Origin: Macrostomum hystrix | Lineage: Eukaryota > Animalia > Platyhelminthes | Reading direction: 5' to 3' | Length of the DNA stretch: 64,000 nt | Assembly: GCA_950097015.1 (NCBI GenBank) | Contig: CATNEN010000005.1 | Span: forward strand, 310,001-374,000 | Part shown: positions 33,801 to 47,800 of the stretch, piece by piece | Position numbering within the stretch: position 1 is the stretch's first letter | Layout of the letters: each line of letters begins with the position of its first letter | Notes under the pieces: model-generated | Database searches by the model: none | Told to the model about the DNA's origin: nothing | Seen by the model: only the letters and a program-made list of their open reading frames with translations | Position numbers and translations under genes: made by a program

Positions 33801-36800
33801 TCCAGGGAGCTGAGCCGTTCGTGCAGCCGGTTCTTCTCGGAGCAGATCGCCTCCAAGCCGGCGAGAAGTTCGGCTTTGTCCGACTGCAGATCCGCTACGG
33901 CGGTCCGTAGTTCGCGTCCAGTTTCGACTGACTCAGCCGCCTCCGAACGGAATCGTTCCAGTTGACGACGGAGCTCTACTAACTCGTCCGACAGTCGCTC
34001 GTTTGCTTCCTGGATGTAAAAGTTTTGACTATCCCGATTAGCCTGGGAAATTGACCCGTGTACAAGTTCCCTCCCAATAGAACAAAGAGTCACTCCCCAA
34101 TGACTGATTGAAACAAAGAGTCACTCCCCAATGACCCATGGAACAAAGAGTCATTCCCCAATTACCGATTGAAACAAAGAGTCACTCCACACTGACCCAT
34201 GAAACAAATAATCACTCACTAATGACACATGGAATAACCCATAGAACCAAGAGTCACTCCACAATGACCCACGGAACAAAGGTCACTCCTTATTGACCCA
34301 TTAAGACAATCATTCTCACCGTGAGCTTCCGTCGCTCCTCTCGCAGCCGCGCCTCATCAGTCTGACTAGCAGTAAGCCTGGCCTGGACTCCGCGCAATTC
34401 AAAAGTCAGCTGACGAATCTCTTCGGTTCTGGCAGCTGATCGCCTGCCAACGGCTTGCTCCGCGTCGGCTAAGGCGGCTCGCAATCCAGCGATGGTCATC
34501 TCGCAGACTCGATGCTGATGCTGATGCTGCTGCTGCTGATGCTGATAATGGCTTACATCATAGTTCGTATTGGTCACAGTAGAGTGCTGCAGCTGCTGCT
34601 GCTGATGTTGACTTCGTCGATAAATACTCGACTGCGACGTCGAAGTCAGTGCCGCAGGACAGCCTGGCGAGTCGAATTGGTTGAGAACAGTTTCCACCTT
34701 TTTAGTACCAATGTAGATGTGCAATTTAGTAGATTGCAAAAGCGAGTGTTGCTCGTTAGGATCTTCTCTTGAATTGTCGTCATTGACAATTTCTTCCGAC
34801 ATTTTCTTCTTTTATCAAGTACAACATTAAGAAACTCTTCTGCTAACGAGTTACTTGAAGACTGCCTTCTAGAGGAAGCTAGTCGCCCCATCTCTCTTGC
34901 TCTCTTTCTATATTTCTGTGCTATTTAGCGGCACTCGAAAAATGCTCTTTCTTACCTGATTGGTTGGGCCAGGGAGTGGCGGTTAATAGTACACTGGGGG
35001 AGGGTGGGTTGGTGGGAGTAGGAGAGAAGCGAATAAGGGGAAAGAAATTTTCGAGTATACTCGTACTTAGTCGACGAATGACCAACACACTGATTGACGC
35101 ACCTAGAAGTACTATTTATAATATAGATGCGAGCTATAGTAATCTTAATGCGATATGATAAAAATGCATGAAAACAAGAGGCGCTAACTACCAGGTGAAT
35201 GATGAGTAGAGTTGTCACCCGCTACGGAAGCTGCCCTGCTTGTCGCTCGTTGCTCGTTGGTAAAGGCGGGCGAGTTGCGGCTGACACTGGCGCTGACGAT
35301 GGAATCTGAAATTTGTCAGATTCTGAATGAATGAAACTGGGAGAAAATGATAAAACACTGGGGGATAACAAGTACGAGTGTACATTTAAAGTCGCGAAAT
35401 GCGATAGGAGACTGGGAAGATAAGAAAAGAAAATGGGAAAATGGGATAAGACACTGGGAGACTGGGATAAGACAGAAGGAGAATGGGATAAGAGAGTAGG
35501 AGAATGGGATAAGAGATTGGGAGACTGGGATAAGAGATTGGGAGACTGGAATAAGAGAGTAGGAGACTGGGATAAGAGATTGGGAGAATGGGATAAGAGA
35601 TTGGGAGACTGGAATAAGAGAGTAGGAGACTGGGATAAGAGATTGGGAGAATGGGATAAGAGATTGGGAGACTGGGATAAGAGAGTAGGAGACTGGGATA
35701 AGAGATTGGGAGAATGGGATAAGAGATTGGGAGAATGGGATAAGAGATTGGGAGACTGGAATAAGAGAGTAGGAGACTGGGATAAGAGATTGGGAGAATG
35801 GGATAAGAGATTGGGAGACTGGGATAAGAGAGTAGGAGACTGGGATAAGAGATTGGGAGAATGGGATAAGAGATTGGGAGAATGGGATAAGAGATTGGGA
35901 GACTGGGATAAGAGATTGGGAGACTGGAATAAGAGAGTAGGAGACTGGGATAAGAGATTGGGAGAATGGGATAAGAGATTGGGAGACTGGGATAAGAGAG
36001 TAGGAGACTGGGATAAGAGATTGGGAGAATGGGATAAGAGATTGGGAGACTGGGATAAGAGACTGGGAGACTGGGATAAGAGATTGGGAGACTGGGATAA
36101 GAGAGTGGGAGACTGGGATAAGAGATTGGGAGAATGGGATAAGAGATTGGGAGACTGGGATAAGAGATTGGGAGAATGGGATAAGACACTGGGAGACTGG
36201 GATAAGAGAGTAGGAGAATGGGATAAGACATTGGGAGACTGGCATAAGAGAGTAGGAGAATGGATAAGAGATTGGGAGACTGGGATAAGAGAGTAGAAGA
36301 ATATAATAAGAAGCTGGGATAATGCGATAAGAGACTGGGATAATGGGATAAGAGACTGGGATAATGGGATAAGCGACTGGTACGAGTATAATGGGATAAG
36401 AGACTGGGATAATGGGATAAGTGACTGGGATAATGGGATAAGAGACTGGGATAATGGGATAAGAGACTGAGATAATGGGATAAGAGACTGGGATAATGGG
36501 ATAAGAGACTTGGATAATGGGATAAGAGACTGATATAATGGGATAAGAGACTGGGATAATGGGATAAGAGACTGGGATAATAGGATAAGAGACTGGGATA
36601 ATGGGATAAGTGACTGGGATAATGAGATAAGAGACTGGGATAATGGGATAAGAGACTGATATAATGGGATAAGAGACTGGGATAATGGGATAAGAGATTG
36701 GGAGACTGGGATAAGAGACTGGGAGACTGGGATAAGAGATTGGGAGACTGGGATAAGAGAGTGGGAGACTGGGATAAGAGATTGGGAGAATGGGATAAGA

Positions 36801-39800
36801 GATTGGGGGACTGGGATAAGAGATTGGGAGAATGGGATAAGACACTGGGAGACTGGGATAAGAGAGTAGGAGAATGGGATAAGACATTGGGAGACTGGCA
36901 TAAGAGAGTAGGAGAATGGATAAGAGATTGGGAGACTGGGATAAGAGAGTAGAAGAATATAATAAGAAGCTGGGATAATGCGATAAGAGACTGGGATAAT
37001 GGGATAAGAGACTGGGATAATGGGATAAGCGACTGGTACGAGTATAATGGGATAAGAGACTGGGATAATGGGATAAGTGACTGGGATAATGGGATAAGAG
37101 ACTGGGATAATGGGATAAGAGACTGATATAATGGGATAAGAGACTGGGATAATGGGATAAGAGACTGGGATAATAGGATAAGAGACTGGGATAATGGGAT
37201 AAGTGACTGGGATAATGAGATAAGAGACTGGGATAATGGGATAAGAGACTGATATAATGGGATAAGAGACTGGGATAATGGGATAAGAGACTGGGATAAT
37301 GGGATAAGAGACTGAGATAATGGGATAAGAGACTGGGATAATGGGATAAGAGACTGGGATAATGGGATAAGTGACTGGGATAATGAGATAAGAGACTGGG
37401 ATAATGGGATAAGTGACTGGGATAATGGGATAAGTGACTGGGATAATGAGATAAGAGACTGGGATAATGGGATAAGTGACTGGGATAATGAGATAAGAGA
37501 CTGGGATAATGGGATAAGTGACTGGGATAATGAGATAAGAGACTGGGATAATGGGATAAGAGACTGGGATAATGGGATAAGTGACTGGGATAATGAGATA
37601 AGAGACTGGGATAATGGGATAAGTGACTGGGATAATGAGATAAGAGACTGGGATAATGGGATAAGAGACTGGGATAATGGGATAAGTGACTGGGATAATG
37701 AGATAAGAGACTGGGATAATGGGATAAGAGACTGATATAATGGGATAAGAGACTGGGATAATGGGATAAGTGACTGGGATAATGAGATAAGAGACTGGGA
37801 TAATGGGATAAGAGACTGGGATAATGGGATAAGTGACTGGGATAATGAGATAAGAGACTGGGATAATGGGATAAGTGACTGGGATAATGAGATAAGAGAC
37901 TGGGATAATGGGATAAGAGACTGGGATAATGGGATAAGTGACTGGGTTAATGAGATAAGAGACTGGGATAATGGGATAAGAGACTGATATAATGGGATAA
38001 GAGACTGGGATAATGGGATAAGTGACTGGGATAATGGGATAAGAGAATGGGATAATGGGATAAGAGACTGGGATAATGAGATGAGAGACTGGGAGAAAAT
38101 TGATTTAGAAACTGGAAGAATAGTATAGCGAAAGGTAGGATTAGGAAAATGCATAGAGATGTAGAGAGGTATGATATGATATGATGATATGATGGGAGAA
38201 TTTGATGAGAGAGAGAGAGAAAGGGGAATGATTTCGGTATTTAATGACAGTCAAGAACTTTTATACTCAAAGCACTACTATAATTACTACTATAACAGAA
38301 AACTTCAAAGTCGGAATTGAGTTAGTGCCAATGAGGGGTGCCAATTTCCTGAAGTTGAGGCAGTTGAGGCAAATCCTTTGCTGTGGTTAGATAGCTCGCA
38401 TAAGCAGTAAAAGTACAGATGGAGAAGAAATTCTTCAACTTTGAAATATCAATGCGAGAAAATGTGGGATAAAATAGCACTAAATCTTCTGAGGGCTGAA
38501 TCCAGTATCCCAATGTCTCCCTTACTTGGCTATCGATCGATGATGGCTGGACGATACGAGTGGGACAAATGCCATTAATTCGATGCTGCTTTGGGAAAAG
38601 CAGCAGATGTTTTTACTATCGGAATTGATGAAAATATGCATGCACTGGCCAATGTATAGCTGACAAAGTGCATTTTACCTGCTAGAAACAAGTGTGAAGC
38701 GAAATGCAATTTCAAAGTGCATTTCAGGTAGAAATTTTAGAACCAATAACAGCAGTTAGTATAGGAAAATTCCATTGCTAACCAATTTTAACGAAATTTC
38801 CCAGTTTTTTTCAGATTGGTTCGATTCCTATTTTTTGCCCGGTTCGATACCACTATTTTTTGTTCGATTCCACCGATTCATATTTTTTTCCGGATCGATA
38901 CCACTATCTTTTGGTTCGATTCCACCGATTCATAGTTTTTTGCCCGGTTCGATACCACTTTCTCTTGGTTCGATTCCCCGAATCCTAGCTTTTTTGCTTC
39001 GTTCGATACCACTATCTTTTGGTTCGATTCCCCGATTCCTAGCTTTTTGCCCGGTTCGACACCACCATCTTTTGGTTCGATTCCACCGATTCCTAGTTTT
39101 TTGCCCGGTTCGATACCATCATCTTTTGGTTCGATTCCACCGATTCCTAGTTTTATGCCCGGTTCGATACCACGATCTCTTGGTTCGATTCCCCGATTCC
39201 TAGCTTTTTGCTTCGTTCGATACCACTCTATTTTGGTTCGATTCCACCGATTCCTAGTTTTTTCCTGGTTCGATACCACTATCTTTTAGTTCAATTCTCT
39301 AGCTTTTTTGCTTCATTCGATACCAGTCTATTTTGGTTCGATTCCACCGATTTATTTTTTCCGGATCGATACCACTATATTTTGGTTCGATTCCCCGATT
39401 TCTAGCTTATTTACTTCCTTAAATATCACTCTATTTTGGTCCAAGCTAATTGAAACCCCGGTTCGATACCACTATCTTTTGGTTCTATTCCACTAATTCC
39501 AAGTTCAGCTAGGTTCTTTCGATTCCACTACTTTTAGACAAATTTTAGCTGCAGTTTTTCAGTTTTTGAAGCTTTAAAATTGTAAATATTGCCTTAAACT
39601 GCAACAGAATTTGTCGAGAACTGACCGTGTCCCTGAGATTGCTGCTGCTGCTGCTGCCCCTCGCTTCCGTCATAGAGCCTGGCCTCCATGGCCATCAGAC
39701 TATTGAACTGCTGGCTGGCTTCAGTAAACACTGACATGGCCTGATTCAAGCTGTCAATCTGTCTCCGCAGTTTGTCCAGAGCGGGCTGTCTCGATTCAGC

Positions 39801-41542
39801 AGTAGCAGCAGCAGCAGATGAGCCAGTTACTGTCATCCTGGATGCTGTAGACTGTCTGCGAGATGTAGCGGCTGTGCTGGTGCCGCTGACAGCGCCGCCG
39901 CCGCCGCCGCCGCCTCCTCCAAGAGCGGCTAATTTGAACTCGTAAAAGTCCAACACTTGAACAGGATCGCAGGCTGCTAGCAGTGTATCCTCTCGACTCT
40001 GATAGTCGGTTGCTAAGCGACGGAGCTGACTTCGCAGCGACTCCAATTCGTTGTCGGGTCCAACGGAGGCGTCAGACGCGGAGAGAGATTCTTGACGATG
40101 CTGCAACTCAAGCTCGATTCTACGCTCCTCGAACTTTAAATAAAAATTTTCAAACTTCTCTTGAATTGTCATAGAAACAGGGCTACAAAAAACCGTAAAT
40201 TCATGATTGCAATTCTCAAATTCATGATTGCAATTCTCAAATTCATGATTGCAATTCTCAAATTCATGATTGCAATTCTCAAATTCATGATTGCTTTTAA
40301 TCTCAAATCCATGTTTTCAATTCTCATTCTTAACACCCACCCCCAAATCCATGGTTTCACCCACCCCCAAATCCATGGTTTCACCCACCCCCAAATCCAT
40401 GGTTTCACCCACCCCCGGAAATCCAGTGCGGACTCTCCCCAGTCCAGGTGTGAAATTGATCTATCTAAGCAACTCACCAAATACTGGCGAAGCAGATTTT
40501 TCAATTGGTCCAAACGCTGACACTGGCAATTGATATCGGAATCTGCACTCGCACACTCATTAGTAGCCCTGGTTTGGCTATCATTTTCTGCCTGAATTTG
40601 AAAGAAAAATAGACAGCATTATTACTATATATTTAGCATAGTTAATAATAATTTATTACACCTGCCAAAATTGGGTCAGCGCATCTGTACGGCTGTTCAG
40701 TCCATGGACTGGAGTGGGACGCCATACCCACTTTAAATTATCCCATCTTATCCTGTCACATATTTTAAAGCTAATGTGAACTGAAGCAATGCAGAATGCA
40801 GGATTCGAACCTCCGACCTTCAAGTCGTGAGTTCGCCGCTCTAACCGCTAGGCTACAACCCCCAAGCACTCATAGGTGCACGGGCTACTTAATTATGTAT
40901 TATAAGTAGTTAGCTGAGCCCTTATTGGTATATTTTTATTTAGAGTGGAATCTTTTTAACTGCACCGTACTTTTTCAATTAAGTCTATGGTCTCAACCCT
41001 AAGATTATTCGGGCTCCGCTCGAATCCTAACCTTCTAAGGGTAAGAGCAAGCCAGTGAATGCGAATTTAAACCAATTTAAAACCTTCATGTCCACACTCA
41101 CGTACTTATAGTAGAGATAAATGAAAAAATACGAAAAAATATATAAAATCAATTTAAAAAAATAGAAAATAAAATAGTAAAAACTAAAATCGAAAAAATG
41201 TTTTTGTAGCAACACAAACATAACACAGACCTGCATTGCCATTGTCTGATCCTCGTGTTTACTATTCGTTGAAGTCTTTAATTCTTGATCGTCTACAGAT
41301 TTGTAATCTGAATTGCCATTGTGCAGCAGAGCGGCATCTGCTGCGGCAATTTCGCCAGATCCTTCGGCAAAAATCTCGGACATTGTTTTTCGGGAATCGT
41401 CTGATTTGATTCGGCCAGAATTGGATCTCACAAGACGGACAACGCCCCCTTCAACTTGCATAGAAATTCTAGGGGAACTTTGAATGCTTAGAGTATTTAT
41501 ACCCAACTGACTTGAAGTGAATTCCAAATTAGGAATTTTGAG
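27829..41542 (-). CDS. Large multi-exon coiled-coil protein of unknown family
   Basis: Co-oriented GC-rich exons with GT/AG ends: about 41231-41542, 40413-40591, 39626-40133, 35219-35305, 34320-~34810, 33581-34042, 32453-32761, 31609-31860, 30756-30997, 30541-30667, 30048-30239, 29421-29704, 28475-28800 and 27829-28077. Heptad-rich translations (e.g. [18 protein letters not shown]). Single-gene linkage is inferred. Confidence 0.7.
28122..28380. repeat. 25-bp intronic repeat (AATCAATCAAAACAGCTGACACTCC)
   Basis: About 10 units. Confidence 0.95.
29000..29165 (-). mobile_element. SINE family 2 copy with tRNA-like head
   Basis: Reverse complement GTGGCTGAGCGGTAATCGCGTTTGCC...GCTCGATTCCGCGGCGAGGCCACA. 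Confidence 0.72.
29755..30003. repeat. 31-bp intronic repeat (GATTGACCAATCACGAAGCAGATGGTTGGTA)
   Basis: About 8 units. Confidence 0.93.
30920..30933. promoter_or_regulatory. X-box-like GTTGCTATGGCAAC inside a coding exon
   Basis: Exact reverse complement of the 1763-1776 motif. Confidence 0.35.
31225..31345. repeat. 18-bp intronic repeat (AATGATTTCTTAGAAAGA)
   Basis: About 6 units plus a degenerate flank. Confidence 0.9.
32045..32440. repeat. 19-24-bp intronic repeat (GGATCATGTCTAACACATCA[AACT])
   Basis: About 18 units; reverse complement shares TGTTAGACATGATCC with the 20-bp satellite. Confidence 0.93.
33030..33192. repeat. 9-bp repeat (TACTGAGCA)n
   Basis: About 18 perfect units. Confidence 0.98.
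34080..34295. repeat. 30-bp intronic repeat (GAACAAAGAGTCACTCCCCAATGACCCATG)
   Basis: About 7 diverged units. Confidence 0.85.
35440..38095. repeat. Compound 21-bp minisatellite with A-B-A-B sub-arrays
   Basis: GGGATAAGAGATTGGGAGACT and GGGATAAGAGACTGGGATAAT types; the junction ...GAAGAATATAATAAGAAGCTGG... recurs at about 36295 and 36950. Confidence 0.95.
38818..39490 (+). repeat. ~54-bp dimeric repeat built from Pol III B-box motifs (GGTTCGATTCC / GGTTCGATACC)
   Basis: More than 20 GGTTCGA cores about 27 bp apart. Confidence 0.9.
40200..40415. repeat. Adjacent 21-bp (TTCATGATTGCAATTCTCAAA) and ~27-bp (CACCCACCCCCAAATCCATGGTTT) short arrays in one intron
   Basis: 4-5 and 3 units. Confidence 0.9.
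40660..40862 (-). mobile_element. SINE family 1 copy with tRNA-like head
   Basis: Reverse complement GGTTGTAGCCTAGCGGTTAGAGCGGCGAACTCACGACTTGAAGGTCGGAGGTTCGAATCC. Confidence 0.85.
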
Positions 41543-41886
41543 CTGCACAAAAAAATACGGGAATAGAAAGACATCTTTTAGCAGCACAACAATCCCGCTG
41601 AGACTAGTCGGGATCTAAATCCCATTCTTTCACATATAACGAGTGGGCTAAAGCAAATAAAACATGCATGAGGAGCACAGCTTATTACATAAATAATGCA
41701 TAACAGGGCGTTGCATAGTCAGATAGTTCTATGTACTGATTGCACTGAGGAATTGGCATAAAACTTCATTTGAGAAGGCAGGATAGATCGCGTGGAATTC
41801 TTTTAGGACAATCAGCTAAACTAACCAAAGACAAGCACACACACACACATCACTAATAAGAGTGATGAGTCAGTCAGTCCTCCTCA

Positions 41887-44800
41887 TGGGAGAATAAGAG
41901 CTTCAATCTGAGGATCTGGGAGAATAAGAGCTCCAATCTGAGGATCTGGGAGAATGAGAATTATAATCTGAGGATCTGGGAGAATGAGAACTTCAATCTG
42001 AGGATCTGGGAGAATGAGAACTTCAATCTGAGGATCTGGGAGAATGAGAACTTCAATCTGAGGATCTGGGAGAATGAGAACTTCAATCTGAGGATCTGGG
42101 AGAATGAGAACTTTAATCTGAGGATCTGGGAGAATGAGAACTTCAATCTGAGGATCTGGGAGAATGAGAACTTTAATCTGAGGATCTGGGAGAATAAAAA
42201 CTTTAATCTGAGGATCTGGGAGAATGAGAACTATAATCTGACGATCTGGGATAATGAGAACTTTAATCTGAGGATCTGGGAGAATGAGAACTATAATCTG
42301 ACGATATGGGAGAATGAGAGCTTTAATCTGAGGATCTGGGAGAATGAGAACTTTAATCTGAGGATCTGGGAGAATGAGAGCTTTAATCTGAGGATCTGGG
42401 AGAATGAGAACTTCAATCTGAGGATCTGGGAGAATGAGAACTTTAATCTGAGGATCTGGGAGAATGAGAACTTCAATCTGAGGATCTGGGAGAATGAGAA
42501 CTTTAATCTGAGGATCTGGGAGAATAAAAACTTTAATCTGAGGATCTGGGAGAATGAGAACTATAATCTGACGATCTGGGATAATGAGAACTTTAATCTG
42601 AGGATCTGGGAGAATGAGAACTATAATCTGACGATATGGGAGAATGAGAACTTTAATCTGAGGATCTGGGAGAATGAGAACTATAATCTGACGATCTGGG
42701 ATAATGAGAACTTTAATCTGAGGATCTGGGAGAATAAAAACTTTAATCTGAGGATCTGGGAGAATGAGAACTATAATCTGACGATCTGGGATAATGAGAA
42801 CTTTAATCTGAGGATCTGGGAGAATGAAAACTATAATCTGAGGATCTGGGAGAATGAGAACTTTAATCTGAGAATCTGGGAGAATAAAAACTTTAATCTG
42901 AGGATCTGGGAGAATGAGAACTATAATTTGACGATCTGGGATAATGAGAACTTTAATCTGAGGATCTGGGAGAATGAGAACTATAATCTGACGATATGGG
43001 AGAATGAGAACTTTAATCTGAGGATCTGGGAGAATGAGAACTATAATCTGACGATCTGGGATAATGAGAACTTTAATCTGAGGATCTGGGAGAATGAAAA
43101 CTATAATCTGAGGATCTGGGAGAATGAGAACTATAATCTGACGATCTGGGATAATGAGAACTTTAATCTGAGGATCTGGGAGAATGAGAACTATAATCTG
43201 ATGATCTGGGAGAATGAGAACTTTAATCTGAGGATCTGGGAGAATGAGAGCTTTAATCTGAGGATCTGGGAGAATGAAAACTATAATCTGACGATCTGGG
43301 ATAATGAGAACTTTAATCTGAGGATCTGGGAGAATAAAAACTTTAATCTGAGGATCTGGGAGAATGAGAACTATAATCTGACGATCTGGGATAATGAGAA
43401 CTTTAATCTGAGGATCTGGGAGAATGAGAACTATAATCTGACGATATGGGAGAATGAGAACTTTAATCTGAGGATCTGGGAGAATGAGAACTATAATCTG
43501 ACGATCTGGGATAATGAGAACTTTAATCTGAGGATCTGGGAGAATAAAAACTTTAATCTGAGGATCTGGGAGAATGAGAACTATAATCTGACGATCTGGG
43601 ATAATGAGAACTTTAATCTGAGGATCTGGGAGAATGAAAACTATAATCTGAGGATCTGGGAGAATGAGAACTTTAATCTGAGGATCTGGGAGAATGAGAA
43701 CTTTAATCTGAGGATCTGGGAGAATGAGAACTTTAATCTGAGGATCTGGGAGAATGAGAACTTTAATCTGACGATTTAGGAGAATGAGAACTTAAGTCTG
43801 AGGATCTGGGAGAATGAGAACTTAAGTCTGAGGATCTGGGAGAATGAGAACTTTAATCTGACGATTTAGGAGAATGAGAACTTCAGTCTGAGGATCTGGG
43901 AGAATGAGAACTTTAATCTGACGATTTAGGAGAATGAGAACTTAAGTCTGAGGATCTGGGAGAATGAGAACTTAAGTCTGAGGATCTGGGAGAATGAGAA
44001 CTTTAATCTGACGATTTAGGAGAATGAGAACTTAAGTCTGAGGATCTGGGAGAATGAGAACTTTAATCTGACGATTTAGGAGAATGAGAACTTAAGTCTG
44101 AGGATCTGGGAGAATGAGAACTTTAGTCTGAGGATCTGGGAGAATGAGAACTTTAATCTGATGATCTGGGAGAATGAGAACTTTAATCTGACGATTTAGG
44201 AGAATGAGAACTTAAGTCTGAGGATCTGGGAGAATGAGAACTTTAATCTGACGATTTAGGAGAATGAGAACTTAAGTCTGAGGATCTGGGTGAATGAGAA
44301 CTTTAGTCTGAGGATCTGGGAGAATGAGAACTTAAGTCTGAGGATCTGGGAGAATGAGAACTTTAGTCTGAGGATCTGGGACAATGAGAACTTTAATCTG
44401 ATGATCTGGGAGAATGAGAACTTTAATCTGATGATCTGGGAGAATGAGAACTTTAATCTGATGATCTGGGAGAATGAGAACTTTAATCTGATGATCTGGG
44501 AGAATGAGAACTTTAATCTGATGATCTGGGAGCATGAGAACTTTAATCTGATGATCTGGGAGAATGAGAACTTTAATATGATGATGTGGGAGAATGAGAA
44601 CTTTAATCTGATGATCTGGGAGAATGAGAACTTTAATCTGATGATCTGGGAGAATGAGAACTATAATCTGAGGATCTGGGAGGATGAGAACTTTAGTCTG
44701 AGGATCTGGGAGAATTAGAACTTCAATCTGAGGATCTGGGAGAATGAGAACTATAATCTGAGGATCTGGGAGAATGAGAACTTAAGTCTGAGGATCTGGG

Positions 44801-47800
44801 ACAATTAGAACTTTAATCTGATGATCTGGGAGAATGAGAGCTTCAATCTGAGGATCTGGGAGAATGAGAACTTAAGTCTGAGGATCTGGGAGGATGAGAA
44901 CTTCAATCTGATGATCTGGGAGGATGAGAGCTTCAATCTGAGGATCTGGGAGAATGAGAAATATAATCTGAGGATCTGGGAGAATGAGAACTCTAATCTG
45001 AGGATCTGGGAGAATGAGAACTATAATCTGAGGATCTGGGAGAATGAGAACTTTAATCTGATGATCTGGGAGAATGAGAACTTTAGTCTGAGGATCTGGG
45101 ACAATGAGAACTATAATCTGATGATCTGGGAGAATGAGAGCTTCAATCTGAGGATCTGGGAGAATGAGAACTTAAGTCTGAGGATCTGGGAGGATGAGAA
45201 CTTCAATCTGATGATCTGGGAGGATGAGAGCTTTAATCTGAGGATCTGGGAGAATGAGAACTATAATCTGAGGATCTGGGAGAATGAGAACTCTAATCTG
45301 AGGATCTGGGAGAATGAGAACTATAATCTGAGGATCTGGGAGAATGAAAACTTTAGTCTGAGGATCTGGGACAATGAGAACTTTAATCTGATGATCTGGG
45401 AGAATGAGAGCTTCAATCTGAGGATCTGGGAGAATGAGAACTTAAGTCTGAGGATCTGGGAGGATGAGAACTTCAATCTGATGATCTGGGAAGATGAGAG
45501 CTTCAATCTGTGGATCTGGGAGAATGAGAACTTTAATCTGAGGATCTGGGAGAATGAGAACTTTAATCTGATGATCTGGGAGAATGAGAACTTTAATCTG
45601 ATGATCTGGGAGAATGAGAACTTTAATCTGATGATCTGGGAGAATGAGAACTTTAATCTGATGATCTGGGAGAATGAGAACTTTAATCTGATGATCTGGG
45701 AGCATGAGAACTTTAATCTGATGATCTGGGAGAATGAGAACTTTAATATGATGATGTGGGAGAATGAGAACTTTAATCTGATGATCTGGGAGAATGAGAA
45801 CTTTAATCTGATGATCTGGGAGAATGAGAACTATAATCTGAGGATCTGGGAGGATGAGAACTTTAGTCTGAGGATCTGGGAGAATTAGAACTTCAATCTG
45901 AGGATCTGGGAGAATGAGAACTATAATCTGAGGATCTGGGAGAATGAGAACTTAAGTCTGAGGATCTGGGACAATTAGAACTTTAATCTGATGATCTGGG
46001 AGAATGAGAGCTTCAATCTGAGGATCTGGGAGAATGAGAACTTAAGTCTGAGGATCTGGGAGGATGAGAACTTCAATCTGTGGATCTGGGAGAATGAGAA
46101 CTTTAATCTGAGGATCTGGGAGAATGAGAACTTTAATCTGATGATCTGGGAGAATGAGAACTTTAATCTGATGATCTGGGAGAATGAGAACTTTAATCTG
46201 ATGATCTGGGAGAATGAGAACTTTAATCTGATGATCTGGGAGAATGAGAACTATAATCTGATGATCTGGGAGAATGAGAACTTTAATCTGAGGATCTGGG
46301 AGAATGAGAACTATAATCTGAGGATCTGGGAGAATGAGAACTTTAATCTGAGGATCTGGGAGAATGAGAACTATAATCTGAGGATCTGGGAGAATGAGAA
46401 CTTTAATCTGAGGATCTGGGAGAATGAGAACTATAATCTGATGATCTGGGAGAATGAGAACTTTAATCTGATGATCTGGGAGAATGAGAACTATAATCTG
46501 AGGATCTGGGAGAATGAGAACTTTAATCTGAGGATCTGCGAGAATGAGAACTTTAATCTGAGGATCTGGGAGAATGAGAACTATAATCTGAGGATCTGGG
46601 AGAATGAGAACTTTAATCTGAGGATCTGGGAGAATGAGAACTTTAATCTGAGGATCTGGGAGAATGAGAACTTTAATCTGATGATCTGGGAGAATGAGAA
46701 CTATAATCTGACGATCTGGGATAATGAGAACTTTAATCTGAGGATCTGGGAGAATGAAAACTATAATCTGAGGATCTGGGAGAATGAGAACTTTAATCTG
46801 AGGATCTGGGAGAATGAGAACTTTAATCTGAGGATCTGGGAGAATGAGAACTTTAATCTGAGGATCTGGGAGAATGAGAACTTTAATCTGACGATTTAGG
46901 AGAATGAGAACTTAAGTCTGAGGATCTGGGAGAATGAGAACTTAAGTCTGAGGATCTGGGAGAATGAGAACTTTAATCTGACGATTTAGGAGAATGAGAA
47001 CTTCAGTCTGAGGATCTGGGAGAATCTGACGATTTAGGAGAATGAGAACTTTAATCTGAGGATCTGGGAGAATGAGAACTTTAATCTGACGATTTAGGAG
47101 AATGAGAACTTAAGTCTGAGGATCTGGGAGAATGAGAACTTAAGTCTGAGGATCTGGGAGAATGAGAACTTTAATCTGACGATTTAGGAGAATGAGAACT
47201 TAAGTCTGAGGATCTGGGAGAATGAGAACTTTAGTCTGAGGATCTGGGACAATGAGAACTTTAATCTGATGATCTGGGAGAATGAGAGCTTCAATCTGAG
47301 GATCTGGGAGAATGAGAACTATAATCTGAGGATCTGGGAGAATGAGAACTTTAATCTGATGATCTGGGAGAATGAGAACTTTAGTCTGAGGATCTGGGAC
47401 AATGAGAACTATAATCTGATGATCTGGGAGAATGAGAGCTTCAATCTGAGGATCTGGGAGAATGAGAACTTAAGTCTGAGGATCTGGGAGGATGAGAACT
47501 TCAATCTGATGATCTGGGAGGATGAGAGCTTTAATCTGAGGATCTGGGAGAATGAGAACTATAATCTGAGGATCTGGGAGAATGAGAACTCTAATCTGAG
47601 GATCTGGGAGAATGAGAACTATAATCTGAGGATCTGGGAGAATGAGAACTTTAGTCTGAGGATCTGGGACAATGAGAACTTTAATCTGATGATCTGGGAG
47701 AATGAGAGCTTCAATCTGAGGATCTGGGAGAATGAGAACTTAAGTCTGAGGATCTGGGAGGATGAGAACTTCAATCTGATGATCTGGGAAGATGAGAGCT

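Noticed and set aside
35222-38154. Long S/L/I/P-rich ORFs of up to 922 aa
   Set aside because: Artefact of a stop-free 21-bp minisatellite in an intron
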